Shown: one piece after another, positions 53,601 through 63,164 of the stretch
Layout of the letters: each line of letters opens with the position of its first letter
How positions within the stretch are numbered: position 1 is the stretch's first letter
Source of the DNA: Bispira polyomma
Lineage: Eukaryota
DNA: 64,000 nt
Direction of reading: 5' to 3'
Assembly: GCA_965649765.1 (NCBI GenBank)
Contig: OZ287751.1
Location: 66,960,001 to 67,024,000 of the forward strand
Notes under the pieces: model-generated
The model's input: the letters and a program-made list of their open reading frames with translations, nothing else
What the model was told of the DNA's origin: nothing
The model's database searches: none
Program-made: the position numbers and the translations under genes

Positions 53601-56600
53601 TGCTAGTCCATTTGTTCAGTATATTGTTTTAGTTGTGCTAAATTCAAATACCTGGTTCTGCTCTAACTACAGTTCTCCCTCTATGAAAAATATTACGCCA
53701 GAGATTGTGCACCAACAAATTCGTTTAGCAAACCAGAGTTCAGAGAAATATTTAACCACATCCCCAAGCCATTATGTGTTAATCAGCACTGCCCATTAAC
53801 AGTACAACAATGCAATTAATGGTTCCCTCAGTCCAGTTGGTGTCCCACTGGGAGCTCAGAACCCTGCTCAAACTAATATCACCATTTAACCATTTGGACC
53901 CCCAAGAGAAAACAATCCTGTTATGGGGAACTGAAGCAATTAAGGTGACATAAAGCTGGAGTCACTAAAACACACACCACAGAATATTTTTGGCATTCAA
54001 TAACTGTCTCACATATAATAACAGACCAGTCTGCTGTACTAACAATTTCCTATTGGAAAAAACTGAAGGAAAACAAAATAATATTTTGGGGTGTGGACTG
54101 CCTGCAGACAGACATAGGTTCTGGGAGTCACAAATGTTGTCAACTGCCTGCCAACAACACACTGACAGGTTTAGAGAATGTTTTTGAATTTTTTTTACAA
54201 CCTTGTGTATATGCGATCTATGTTAACTGATAGAAGAAAATGTTCACCACCTTGTGTATATGAGATACATGCTAAACTGATAGGTAATTTGAAGTTTTAT
54301 TGCTGCACTTCCTCAGTTACAGTTTACATTCTGCCCAGCATGTGAGGCTAATAAAGCTGATACACCTCTCATATCAGTAATAAACACATTAAACAGTAAA
54401 CAAGAGGGAAAAGTGTTGTATTGATAAATCTGTTAAGTGTATGACGTCATTTGCTGGGCATTTCCTGTATCACTTCCTGTACACATACTGTGAATAAATA
54501 CAAACCATTGTACTTACCAATATTGATGATGGAATTAACAATGTTTACAATCTTGTGTTTCTAACATAACTCTTGAACTGATGTGTAATTCGTAGTTTGG
54601 TTCAGTTAATCCTGATTTTCAGTATCTAACTGTATTGGAACTTTGTTGGGTACATAAAATGTAGAACACCAAGAATTAGTCAGAACCAGTTTGCAAGTTG
54701 ATCTTCATGTAATGTTTGACAAATAAAGGGTCGAAAGCGAAGGGGATGGCATATCTTAGAGAGAGGCCATTTATTTAAATATTTATGGTATGTTAGAGAC
54801 AACTATTTATGTATGTATAACAACACCTTAATAGTCTGGTGCACTCCTACTCTAGCTAAAGGCTAACTGATGCTATCACTACACTAGCCAACTGTTACTT
54901 ATAACCCACTCACTGCCACTGTTACTTGTAGTACCATATAGCAATGGACTAATGGCGCCAATTATCTCTAGTAACATGCCAGACAACTGCTGAGATATAC
55001 AACAACTAGACCATATAGTATATACTAAACAATAACACATACACTGACACATTCCAAATAAAGAGGGTTTCCAGTTAAAACATTCAAGGCAAATCTCAAG
55101 GTGCCAGAAGAGATACCGCTACTAATAAAGCAGATCGCAACTCAAGAGGGTAGACAATAAGAGAATATGTGTAATTGGAATCACATACCGTATATCCACC
55201 TATATAGGAGTAATAGGGTTCTACTTAAAGCGGTTTGACAGGGTAGTCTTCATAGAGTCGTGTTGTTGTTTTTACTTTAGGCATAAAACAGCAACAATGA
55301 ATCTTAATACTGGAATATTTTATTGAGTAAATAAAGTTGTATGCTCTACACAATACACATTGAAGTTACCATCTATCTTTACTTGAAATTTGTTTTTGTT
55401 TCCAAGCAGTTTCTTAAAAGAAGCATACACTCTTTAGAGTCTGGTCTTGTATAAGCTATTGCTAGAAAGATAGTCTCCTTCCTATTCATGTTTTGGTAAA
55501 TGCTCAATCTGGTAGGGTTTTACTGTTTTAAGACCTTTTACTGTTTACTTTAGATCTAATTATGCCTTAAAAAGTGTCAATAGCCTGTTTATTGTACACT
55601 CAAATTAACCACCTAAGATACATGTGGTCCAGATTTAACTATCCTGTATTAACCTCTATAATTACTTATGATATTAAATATTGTTTTTTGTGTTAATTCT
55701 GTCATAAAAGAATCCTGTTGATATCATTCTATAAGAGCTTTGTTTCCATGTAGCCAGTTGTGGACGCCGATTTTGTCAGTCTCTATATTTTGCACAGTCT
55801 TTGTTGAGTCTCTATGCACTGGACGATACTAATGTATTGTAGGACTCTGTATGACTAGAAACTCCAATATCCACATAGCTAACTTGGGATCTCAAAACTG
55901 GTTCCACTTATACCTAAATTTGACTTACACCGGTTCTACTTATACAGATGCTACTGTGGTATATATTTGAGGTTTTAGTTGACATATTGTAGTACATATA
56001 GTACAACACACCGTGCACGAAACAAAAAGACACATCAGTCACCTTTTACTTTTAAATACTTGCTCTCTACCGACATGAATAGGAATCATGTCAAAAGTCT
56101 CAACAAGGCTAATCAACATACTATAGTTAATATGCCAATCATACCCTGACATTTTATGCATGTCTCCTGTGACATTTTGGGGGTGTATTTTGAGAGACAG
56201 AAAATCTCATTAATACAATAGTGAGGTCACAACACAGCAGTTTACTATTTAGCCAATTAGCCAGGCACACTACAGGATAGCTCAAAAACTGATAACTGTA
56301 CAAAAACATTTGGAATAACACTTTGCTAATTTAGTATAAAATTTTGTTATGCTTTTACGGACGGAAATATGAAGTTACAAATTGATAGTTTTCTCTAATT
56401 CACACTCAATACTAAAGTAGTTGAAAGTAATACATAGCCAAACATTCATCTAGTATGTTGTACAAAACATCTGTTCCTCAAGTAAATAAATAACAAAACA
56501 CTATTCTTAGTGATATAGCCCACTTATATCAGATTTACTATTAATAGTATACGACACTCTGTCCGCATTTATTGATTTGCCAGAGTGTCAAGCGGAAGGG

Positions 56601-59600
56601 TTAAAGGTATATGATATGTGTAACTTAAACAAATAAGCCTTCAGTTATGAATATCATTTGGATACCAAAAAATATACGTTATCTGGCAAGCCGCCATATC
56701 ATTTGACTGTCACTTTTTGTACAAACACTCAAAAGTTGTCATGTATAGTCATAAGCCTTCTATAATGTGTATGAAATGCTTTAGAAAACAGACTCAATCC
56801 ACATATATAAGGATTTGCCAACCCTAGATCATAAGTATTCATAACGCCATTGAATATATATCTCTGAGATTACTTTATTTTAGGTTTACATTAGTGATCC
56901 TATAATTGATTACACTTTAATCAAACAAGTTTAACTAAAGCAGAACTACCTTTACACAAGCACCTTTTCCAGTTAAAAGGAGAAAAATTACAGAATAACT
57001 GGTTAAAACCATACATTCACTTTTATACAAAAGGAAATTCATCTCACATAGTTGTTTTACTTTTACAAAGTGTATCCTTGTTTCAAATACTGTTGTCTAA
57101 CAAGTGCATTCTGAGTTTCCTTTAATTAGGAAGTTTGAAAGCCTTTTCAACTGGATCACGAAAAACATAAAACAGTCAAGGCAGAACTTCCAAGCAGTCA
57201 AATATAAATGAGTTGAAAAGTGTTTCACAAATCATTAGTTAAAAACTCTTACACTACACTTTTAAAGGGAAAATTTAGTGATTGTTAATATATTTTAATC
57301 TTTTGCAAGTCATTAATCCCTACACACCCAGGTAAAATAGAAGCACAGTGGTGAAATATTAATGACATCCGCTGGGAATTCATGTCAGTGAGCAATGGTG
57401 GTAAAAGTCAAATAGGAATGTTTATAAAATGAAACCCAACCTGTATAATGTTGAAATCATGTTGGAAAGCGACTTGAACTCTGATCCCTATGTAAAAAGT
57501 GGTCACACAATCTCAACAAGCAACAGACACAGTGCATTCTTTTGAATGAAAAATCTTCACTATATGTAGTAGGGTTTGTGGGTGTTTCTTTTAAGTGGGT
57601 CTTTTTCTATTAACAAGAAAGACTGTGAATCCACTCAGAAGTGTACCTCACTTTGATGGGCACTCCTTTCCCTTTTTTATACTGTTCTGAAAATGTTATC
57701 ATACCAAGGTGTTTGTGTAGTACTATGTTTACAAGTCATTTCTACAAATAACAGACGGAGGGGTGTTGTCAACATGTAAACAAGACATGAAATGATAACA
57801 TGAAAGCAAGTTAAGATTGGGAACAGAAGTAAAAAATAGCCACAAAAACAGCAGCCAAAGTATACATTAGAGGGACCCACATTTTGTTTCTTCATTTACA
57901 GTGCTGACATGATCTAAATTATAAAGATTTAGTGTAATTTATGACTTGTAAGGCAGAAAACTATCTGTCATATGTTAACATATTGATAAATATACAATGT
58001 ATTATGGGAAAGTAAAACAAATTCAGCAAATCTACATGATACATTAGAGCCTCCATTATACAAACTTCTATTATAAAAATATTTAATGTTATGAAGTCCC
58101 TTTCACTCTCCCAAAGTTTTATATGTCTACTTTTCACACTAATGACAAGTTTAGTACAGGAATAATTTCTATTATTTCTAAACAAAATCTTCCTCTCCCA
58201 AAAAGTTCTGATAACTGAAGCAGTTCTTTATATACTTCACAAGTCTTGGCCAGATGTTGTTTGGATAATAAAAAATTTGTAAAATAGAAGAGGCTACTAA
58301 GCATAAAAATATAGGAACATGTAAATTTATGCGAGAGTGAAAGAATTTTCATAAAATCAACTATTAAAGACAATTGAAGTTTAGATAATAGAGGTTCATA
58401 TGTGCTAAGCTTGCACAACAAGTGCTGACTTTACAGATTATGCTAATTATGTACAACATCTAGGTAGCAGTGGAATCGAATCGGGATTACTCAGAGATTA
58501 ACACAGAAAGGGAAGTCCATTTTTACCATTTAAAAATTGCCTTATTTCTTACTACAGCATAAACTGAGGAAGTAGTTGTTTTTATAAGCAGTCAGAAAGT
58601 ATAAACAATACTGTTGCCAGCAAATGGTACAATGTGTTTTTAAACAACTGTGCTTGCCTAGGTATTTGTAGGTATTTGTATTAATGATTTTTATATATGG
58701 TGGTGCAACGCCTCAAAAGTACTATGGCAGAATCTGTTGCTATAACTTATCCAATAGACCAAGAAATAAATTACAAATAAATCCTGTATTTATTGCAATG
58801 GGTTCATGATCACTATAATACAAGAATTTCTATCTTACACTACATCAACTATTTGTAACTTATTAAAAAGAACTCCAGTAATGGCGTTTTGCAAAGATCA
58901 AGTCTGGGGAAACAGGAAAACACTGCAGGATGACACAATTAATTGAGCAATTTATAAATGATGACAACTGTTACACATCAAATTGAATTGACACAATCAA
59001 CACAATAGCACAAAAGCCATATCTACGAAACAGAGAACTTGCATACCTCTGCTGGCTGTTGCCAGATCAGCCAGTTTCTGGAAAGCATCCAGCCAAGCTG
59101 TAGTAGCTAGTAGCGTGGATCTGAAATAGACACAAACAAGTTAATATAAAGCCCCTTCTGTGAACTACAAGGCCTCATGTGATGACTACACCCCATTGAT
59201 ACAATTCTGTTATAATTGTGAAAGACACAGAAACTAACTTTCAATGCTAATAATATTTGAAGTATTTCTATTGTACCAAAGTGATTATCATTTATCATCC
59301 CAAGGCGATTGTGTTCTCTGAGAAGGGATATTCCTGTAACATGTACAGTACTGGTTGTCATCGGAAGGTAATTGCCTGTTCCAGAACTTGCTCAAGGAAA
59401 AATCTTTTTGGTAATCCTTTTAAATCATAGACTGACAGTGAAGGCAATTGAGTTCCAAAATGCATGTCATGCTTAAAATTTTGATTCCGAGCAAAATATG
59501 TTGGTATATATATTATTTCCAACACTAATGATGCTTTATGTTTACTTTAAAATTCTAAACATTGAGTATACATTAATTGCCTTCCCTGACTGGGAAAATT

Positions 59601-60820
59601 ACCCTACAGGTCGTGACACCTCAATATTTTTCCTTACAAGAAGAACCAAATGAAAATTTATAAATTTGATTAGAAAGTTTCTTTTACTTAATACAAAGAT
59701 GCTGACACAGACGTAGCACAAAGTTACAACTTGCAAGGAGGATAATATAAGCGTAATATAATTTCCCTATCTGTATACATCTAGAAAAACCTTTTGTGCA
59801 CCATAATCTTACACAAATTGGGTTTTTTTTACAACTTCTCTCAAGAACAATGTAATCTTTTAACATTGTGCTTGTTTTTATTTGTAGGTTTACAACTGTA
59901 TCTTACCTTATTGTGTTGTGAAGCTTTGAACTTTTACTCAGGAAGTCCTCCCATACAGGTGTGCTTTGCTACAAAGATAATGCATGTGTGTGTCACAATA
60001 AAATATTATTTTAGCCGTAGAATGTCAGAATTATAAATAGGGGTGAGACGGGCCCTTAAAAAACAGCCCGAATAATCACTAGCATCTAACCGGTCCAAAA
60101 CCGGGTACCCGCGAATTTAGTATGCACCAATCCCAGAAACCAGTCTAAGAAAATGGCGGCAGATGTAAACAAAATCTATCGAAAAATAAAGGCAAATATC
60201 TAGGGGAATATTAGAAATTAGAACGAAAATGTATGTTGGGAGCAGAAATTAGCCCAAAGTTATTGTTTTCGCGAAGTGAATTAGGATTATAGGCAATAAT
60301 GACAGATTTTTACTATAAAACGTATATGTTTTCGAGTCCCCGAATAGCAATTTCGCCCCAGTTTTCCCAAATATTTGGTCCGTAATCGGGTAACCGGGCG
60401 CCCTGTCTCATCCCTAATTAAAAATGCATATTGTATAAAGTGTAAGTTTCGTTATTATTTATAGTAGTGTACCATGACTGCTCCATTAACATTACCACAA
60501 AGAAAGAGTCATAAACATGGACATAAAATTCAGCAAGTTACATATTAATACTCATGCTGTCCTGTACTAAAGCCTGGATTTCTTTAAATTCATGTTTTAC
60601 CTTATAAAGCAAGTTATATCAAGGTAATTATACCAGCCTGAATTATACTGTTATATTATGGCAATTTCGTATTTTATATTACATATACAGTGTAGATGAT
60701 ACACCAAACTGTTAATTTACTTTATAGTTCACTCTATAGATGCTTTACCTTCATATCATTCATAATTTGTTGAAACAGGCCCCCCAGGGCACTGCATTCT
60801 TTTTCTATGTTTAAATCCAT
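2452..60820 (-). CDS. MTSS1: MTSS1/MIM-like I-BAR (IMD) domain protein, multi-exon gene (13 coding exons in window, 3' end probably outside window)
   Basis: Spliced translation MDLNIEKECSALGGLFQQIMNDMKQSTPVWEDFLSKSSKLHNTIRSTLLATTAWLDAFQKLADLATASRGATREIGSALTRLCMRHRSIEGKLKAFSS...EEWKK...LDKDHAKDYKKAR...LQKKVKK...ALIEERSRFC...SEQVILDLK...TPPSSPS...RLSSVSSQDSGF matches the MTSS1/MTSS2 family as I recall it; all exon phases are mutually compatible. Confidence 0.96.
4790..4965 (-). mobile_element. Degenerate tRNA-derived SINE
   Basis: Minus-strand A box tggtctagtgg and B box ggttcaactcc; partial internal duplication. Confidence 0.55.
8690..8876. repeat. 100-bp-period duplication of exon 12 3' end plus donor
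   Basis: ctgtcccttacctgtgatggcac occurs at 8718 and 8818 with flanking similarity. Confidence 0.9.
8829..9019 (-). CDS. MTSS1: MTSS1 coding exon 12 (191 nt): VVQHPVYVNQDDLAKMAVEMEKCQGRHEDIPEEDEEEEVTTPT...SVPSQ
   Basis: ttattgtag| ... |gtaagg; phase 1 to 0 fits exon 11; GC-rich coding composition (ORF 8814..9005). Confidence 0.83.
9085..9208 (-). mobile_element. SINE family B, partial
   Basis: caccagccttcagcaa...tttgaacccacaactgcagaggtgggagg shared with about 7 other copies. Confidence 0.75.
9736..9865. mobile_element. Crypton-type terminal hairpin
   Basis: 130-bp imperfect palindrome (36/50 paired in the outer arms) with three symmetric TC/TC mismatches. Confidence 0.55.
10433..10652. repeat. 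About 120-bp tandem duplication (2 diverged copies)
   Basis: aaataattctag...ggttcatttcctatca...catatgatactt occurs twice. Confidence 0.85.
13460..13830 (+). mobile_element. L2-clade LINE 3' fragment
   Basis: Decayed ORF2 end KRAGSRAFSIAATMLWNSLPLELTSLETLSSF followed by a 3' UTR and tail shared with 43240, 25383 and 46492. Confidence 0.8.
13835..14312 (-). CDS. MTSS1: MTSS1 coding exon 11 (478 nt): SSLTDSNG...RPHTISTAYEK...polyQ...KPPIPGPKPRGKPVAPP...HDPNR
   Basis: tatttccag| ... |gtgagt; GC-rich open frame (ORF 13773..14327); Ser/Pro-rich region; phase 0 to 1. Confidence 0.88.
14290..14515. repeat. About 49-bp tandem repeat (4-5 units) containing the exon 11 acceptor
   Basis: Unit ccattactgtctgtgagggaactctggaaataagacaagaaacttata repeated with divergence. 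Confidence 0.9.
15415..15761. repeat. Local segmental duplication (about 100 bp, copies near 15415 and 15635)
   Basis: ggtgactaaaa...cacagttctatgggttaaggtgc...tattggagggaaa twice; tatagcacatttatcattacct twice. Confidence 0.85.
15755..15835. mobile_element. Helentron-associated non-autonomous element end
   Basis: attacct...gaggttatgtt...ttggttggtttggttg...caggatt; reverse complement of the end of 28823-29070. Confidence 0.5.
16450..16620 (-). mobile_element. SINE family B, partial
   Basis: agtagttggtcagggtttttctgctctgcaaaccaccagccttcagcaagtct core. Confidence 0.75.
17450..17458 (-). CDS. MTSS1: Candidate 9-nt microexon (NSL) of MTSS1
   Basis: ccattcctacacag|AATTCTTTG|gtaagtac; phase 0-0 in a phase-0 intron; 90-nt upstream intron. 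Confidence 0.5.
17549..17665 (-). CDS. MTSS1: MTSS1 coding exon 10 (117 nt): SLPPGMVRLSSVSSQDSGFTSQEAVCMRPPSPGVLAITK
   Basis: ttttaccag| ... |gtacgt; RLSSVSSxDSGFxSQ motif. Confidence 0.92.
17664..18062. repeat. Minisatellite, about 65-75-bp units x5-6, first unit contains the exon 10 acceptor
   Basis: Unit gactggaaaaatacaacag...ttactggcttgtcatagagcagataaaaca...cgcttgtcaat. Confidence 0.9.
18107..18445. mobile_element. hAT-like MITE
   Basis: TIR taaagctgcaa/ttgcagcttta; repeated atcga subterminal motifs; inverted partial copy at about 40430-40505; TSD not evident. Confidence 0.6.
19725..19812 (-). mobile_element. SINE family B fragment
   Basis: agttggttaagctttctgctctgcaaactacccggcttcagcaaatctactg. 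Confidence 0.6.
19822..19945. repeat. 64-bp-period duplication of exon 9 3' end plus donor
   Basis: ctatggttacca.acacttaccag...gttcct.aagttgtgac.tggaga twice. Confidence 0.88.
19907..20044 (-). CDS. MTSS1: MTSS1 coding exon 9 (138 nt): TPPSSPSSLGSRKSSMCSISSINSSSSGGTNMSSPGHNFRNRNSSL
   Basis: gtttttcag| ... |gtaagt; serine-rich region with TPPSSPS and SRKSSxCS motifs. Confidence 0.93.
20562..20717 (-). CDS. MTSS1: MTSS1 coding exon 8 (156 nt): DEEIHMLTEVTHLQEILQHLCLQASDPAGLPAASEQVILDLKVTGGVGWTYQ
   Basis: tttttctatag| ... |gtgagg; end of IMD, SEQVILDLK motif; phase 0 to 0. Confidence 0.94.
20733..20850 (-). mobile_element. SINE family A 3' part inside the 233-nt intron 7
   Basis: gaatttgaat...gggtgtttacatcgctt.caacagctta as in 500-718. 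Confidence 0.7.
20951..21108 (-). CDS. MTSS1: MTSS1 coding exon 7 (158 nt): GKSDVQSRLDSALHEVNEKYQVLEETEKNAVRNALIEERSRFCMFISCLKPVV
   Basis: cctgtccag| ... |gtaaga; overlaps ORF 20918..21253; phase 1 to 0. Confidence 0.95.
21160..21580 (-). mobile_element. SINE family B interrupted by a SINE family A copy (21293-21520)
   Basis: B core (cattcagcaagtctactgcc) lies left and B head (cacaactgcaagggtgggaggca) lies right of a full A copy. Confidence 0.75.
23077..23303. mobile_element. Harbinger-like MITE
   Basis: TIR gggccatattcacaaa / tttgtgaatacggggccc; CAG target duplication; inverted copy at 37673-37888. Confidence 0.8.
23394..23468 (-). CDS. MTSS1: MTSS1 coding exon 6 (75 nt): DYKKARADIKKASSDTIRLQKKVKK, basic membrane-binding patch
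   Basis: tatttcag| ... |gtgaga; phase 1 to 1. Confidence 0.95.
23530..24042 (-). mobile_element. SINE family B interrupted by SINE family C
   Basis: B tail 23530-23591 and B body/head 23860-24042. Confidence 0.75.
23592..23859 (-). mobile_element. tRNA-derived SINE family C with A-rich tail and TSD
   Basis: Head ggggccgtggtggcctattggttag, B box gagttcgactcc; TSD gttcaccgg (23583-23591) / gttcactgg (23860-23868). Confidence 0.85.
24951..25323. mobile_element. hAT MITE
   Basis: TIR tagtaggtaaa / tttacccacta; 8-bp TSD ataattag/ataatttg; cgatatcg subterminal motifs. Confidence 0.8.
25383..25460 (-). mobile_element. L2 LINE 3' tail fragment
   Basis: tattgtatt...aacgtgccttattgatg...caacagaatcaat shared with 43240 and 46492. 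Confidence 0.65.
28823..29070. mobile_element. Helentron-associated non-autonomous element (HINE/DINE-like)
   Basis: aagagcactc...tctctgccaa start, aaatttcatg...agtttttg...aatcct core, (accaa)-type microsatellite, terminal degenerate hairpin acctcatcggcaacggt. Confidence 0.65.
30691..30723. promoter_or_regulatory. Perfect 15-bp inverted repeat made of CRE/ATF sites
   Basis: acgtcatactgacgt-cat-acgtcagtatgacgt; contains a full TGACGTCA plus half sites. Confidence 0.45.
31339..31620. mobile_element. hAT MITE, same family as 24951-25323
   Basis: tagtgggg...ttacccacta termini; TSD cccaagac/tctaagac; shared internal cattgtttgggct...gatatcgatgt. Confidence 0.75.
32009..32044 (+). repeat. (GGGAGT)n G-tract, G-quadruplex-capable
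   Basis: gggagtgggagtgggggagtgggagtggggtggggg. Confidence 0.7.
32609..32772. mobile_element. Tc1/pogo-like MITE
   Basis: TIR cagtagaacctctattat / ataatagaggtactactg; TA on both sides; related copies near 28725, 38751, 52654 and 58045-58400. Confidence 0.8.
33953..34123. mobile_element. piggyBac-like MITE
   Basis: ttaa|cccttttgacccc ... ggggtcaaaagag|ttta. Confidence 0.55.
34872..35085 (-). mobile_element. SINE family B
   Basis: tgtgtcacatcacgacaggcagttcactgg...caccagccttcagcaagtctact...aacccacaactgcagaggtgggagg. Confidence 0.8.
36691..37133. mobile_element. MITE (PIF/Harbinger-like), longer copy
   Basis: About 35-bp TIR gtgagcgtttccatgcaggcaactttctgaggcga; ggcga/tcgcc internal motifs; same family as 1299-1514. 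Confidence 0.88.
37173..37379 (-). mobile_element. SINE family A
   Basis: gttgaatttgaattt tail ... cactaggccactgtggcccc head. Confidence 0.8.
37571..37596. repeat. (CA)13 microsatellite
   Basis: Direct reading. Confidence 0.95.
37673..37888. mobile_element. Harbinger-like MITE, inverted relative to 23077-23303
   Basis: ggggtattcacaaacgg ... gtgaatatggccc; internal sequence is the reverse complement of the 23077 copy. Confidence 0.75.
40601..40692 (-). CDS. MTSS1: MTSS1 coding exon 5 (92 nt): CLLDVLVVPMQERMEEWKKTSVILDKDHAK
   Basis: attttcag| ... |gtgaga; EEWKK and LDKDHAK motifs; phase 2 to 1. Confidence 0.95.
43240..43615 (-). mobile_element. L2-clade LINE 3' fragment
   Basis: ORF 43314..43511 contains MLWNSLPVELRSLETLSGFRR; homologous to 13460-13830; (caata)n tail. 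Confidence 0.8.
44166..44250 (-). CDS. MTSS1: MTSS1 coding exon 4 (85 nt): ATREIGSALTRLCMRHRSIEGKLKAFS
   Basis: atttgtag| ... |gtaagt; near-invariant IMD motif; phase 1 to 2. Confidence 0.96.
46370..46682 (-). mobile_element. SINE family B carrying an inserted L2 tail (46492-46554)
   Basis: Insertion flanked by a gaattg direct repeat (46486-46491 and 46555-46560). Confidence 0.7.
48445..48722 (-). mobile_element. SINE family B
   Basis: tgtgtcacatcacaacagacagttcactgg...caaaccaccagccttca...gatttaaacccacaactgc. Confidence 0.75.
49460..49515. repeat. Perfect 28-bp tandem duplication
   Basis: gtacctaggattatttaagggagagtac x2. Confidence 0.9.
51852..52342. mobile_element. Non-autonomous DNA transposon (probably Tc1/mariner group)
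   Basis: Perfect 14-bp TIR ctggttccgctctc / gagagcggaaccag; repeated aaacgccca motifs; CpG-rich. Confidence 0.7.
58045..58400. mobile_element. Two adjacent degenerate copies of the pogo-like MITE family (32609 type)
   Basis: cctccattatacaaactt..., tgtttggataata..., agtttagataatagaggttc. Confidence 0.55.
59047..59120 (-). CDS. MTSS1: MTSS1 coding exon 3 (74 nt): STLLATTAWLDAFQKLADLATASRG
   Basis: tatttcag| ... |gtatgc; LDAFQKxAD motif; phase 2 to 1. Confidence 0.95.
59907..59968 (-). CDS. MTSS1: MTSS1 coding exon 2 (62 nt): QSTPVWEDFLSKSSKLHNTIR
   Basis: ctttgtag| ... |gtaaga; PVWEDF motif; phase 0 to 2. Confidence 0.95.
60038..60416. mobile_element. hAT MITE in MTSS1 intron 1
   Basis: TIR taggggtgagacggg / cctgtctcatcccta; 8-bp TSD attataaa/attaaaaa. 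Confidence 0.82.
60749..60820 (-). CDS. MTSS1: MTSS1 coding exon 1 (72 nt): MDLNIEKECSALGGLFQQIMNDMK
   Basis: ATG at 60820; donor AAG|gtaaag; acceptor ttttgttgtag 13 nt upstream of the ATG implies a further upstream exon. Confidence 0.95.
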
Positions 60821-61488
60821 GTCTGCACAAAATCTACAACAAAAGTGCACATATACATATCCAACGTAGTCTTAATCATTAAATACAAAGTTTTACTGTC
60901 GAAAAGTTGGGTATTGAAATGTAGACCTGCACTGGCTATGGCTTAACCTTGGCCTTAGTCATCTCGAAACTTACATGGACTTTGTTCTAATTTACAAGGT
61001 GACTGAGGCCTAGGACAGGTCAAAGTGCCACCTGGCCATGCCCTCTGTTAAAATATAGACCAAGTATTCTGTCACTGTTTTGTGGCTGTTGTAGCTACTG
61101 GCGACAGAGGCAGTACAGTACCATTCGCAAAACTTCACAAATCTTGCAAGGCAGCAAAAAACTAGATCTACTGTGAATAATGATTGAGATTTATAAGGAC
61201 ACCTGTAAGGTGAACATGAGTAGCTAAAGCTTCTGTCTTAGCATGCTTTAACTATAACCGTCAAATGATAGACTTAATATTTTGCCACTGTACTTTTTAA
61301 GAGAAATCCAAGGATATATTACCTTCAACACTGTCTAAATATACATCATGATAATGACCATTATATATAATCCCACAGAAAAATATCCAAATAGTATTTC
61401 TTTTAAAAATGTTTAAACATACACAATTAAGGCATATACATGTATCCAATCAGGTACATATAATATCCTCCTACTGTGCTATAATCTA

Positions 61489-61882
61489 CAGAACTACGCG
61501 GTAAGTACAAGTTTCACCTATACTTCTTTACCCCTACCCGCACCGTATCCATAGAAATAAAATAAGCATCTACTTGTCTTTATAATGTGTAGGTCCACCT
61601 GTCGTGTCCGCACCCGTGAAAAGTAATACAATCACCCGCACCCGTATTGGAAGGGTTCTGACCCTTTTTTTCACGGGTGCGGGTGGAAAAACAGTCAATT
61701 TGCGTCATATATGGGAACATTTCAATAAAATTATTAATGTACTTCTTGATTTACTGATACAAAAACGGATGAGAGTAAGGATAGGTGTAACTACAAATCA
61801 CGGATACGGGTGCTGATAGGGATAAGGGTACGGGTGAAAATAATGATAGGTGAAACTTGTACTTTACTCGGTTGAAATTCAG
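61489..61882. mobile_element. MITE with long imperfect TIRs and acccg/cgggt subterminal repeats (hAT-like)
   Basis: aagtacaagtttcacctat (61503) / ataggtgaaacttgtactt (61847). Confidence 0.7.
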
Positions 61883-63164
61883 TGGCTGTCAATAAATATT
61901 TCCAATGAACTGTCACTGTGTAAACAACTTGAAACACGAAAAACAGATATAGGTTACCTATATGTGTAAGTGGTAACAATATAATTTCACTAGTCGGTAC
62001 ATTATTCCTTCAGTTATTCATATCCCAGATTGTAAACACAAAATATTAAACCGATGCACGTCCACTACGGATCCACACAATCATCCACACAAGGCTTGCA
62101 TAAAACTGTTCTGCTTCAGACTATGACCAAGCACCTGCAACATTTACACTTCTGTTTAAGCAGGATTTAATAGACTGTTAGGGTAGACCGACAATTTTTA
62201 GTAAATCGTTGAACGAAACTTTTTAGAAATCGTACTCTGTGAATGAATTACAACAAAATATTTGTTCATAATGATATAGCTTCAGCGCAAATATTTGTTG
62301 AATACAATAATTTAAGATCCTATTCGTGGTAAAAAAATAGACGTTTTGCAACAATTGCTTAGGTACCTAACAATAATTATTTTTATTTAAAAAATGAAAA
62401 AGTAAGCTTTACACCTTTCGGCAACCATGCACGAGCATCCCTTAGACTTGTAAATTTTAGATTCGCAAAAATGAGTATTAAGGTTATTATTTTCTTTATA
62501 TATATCAAAACAGTTATTGTTATTTACTTGTAGCAGTAATGACCCTTTTTACAGTTATAATTTGTTATGTTTTGATAATAAACTGGGTTTTATGCTTTGT
62601 GCAATTTGGAGTATATAACTAAAACATATGTATTTGATATGCCATGTCTTCGGTCACAGGAAGAATATGGTACAACAAAGGTGGGGTAAGTTGGCCTTAA
62701 TATGCAGCAATGTTCTACTGTGTATCCAGCTTACCTCCAAAGCAGTTTTTGAAAAAGACTCATTCAGAAACTGGGTGTAATTTTATATCAAGAGATTGAA
62801 ACAATTTTCATCAGAAATCCTTCAACTGGCGATTTAATGTAGACTGCCCTAAAATCACACATTATGTATGGCCATGCAGCTTCATCTGGTGGGGTAAAAT
62901 AGCCAACACTTTGAAAGGCATGTAAAGATTGTTTGAAAAGACCTATGTGATGCCCAATAGATATAGTTATCAAGTTGATCATGCAGGCCATTTCTGGCAC
63001 AAAATTTCCAGCTGTACATGACTCTACACAAAAGTTGTAGTTGGGTGTGTTTTCTTTACGAACCTTTTTAGTGAAAGGAATACATTTAAATTATTTGTCT
63101 TTTATATTTAAGACAAATAAATATATTTATCATAATACCACTGCTTATGGCAGTTATCTCCCAC

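Noticed and set aside
26200-59000. Dozens of 60-106 aa ORFs in the ORF track
   Set aside because: Expected by chance in AT-rich intron or overlapping repeats; no coding bias or family motifs except the L2 fragment at 43314
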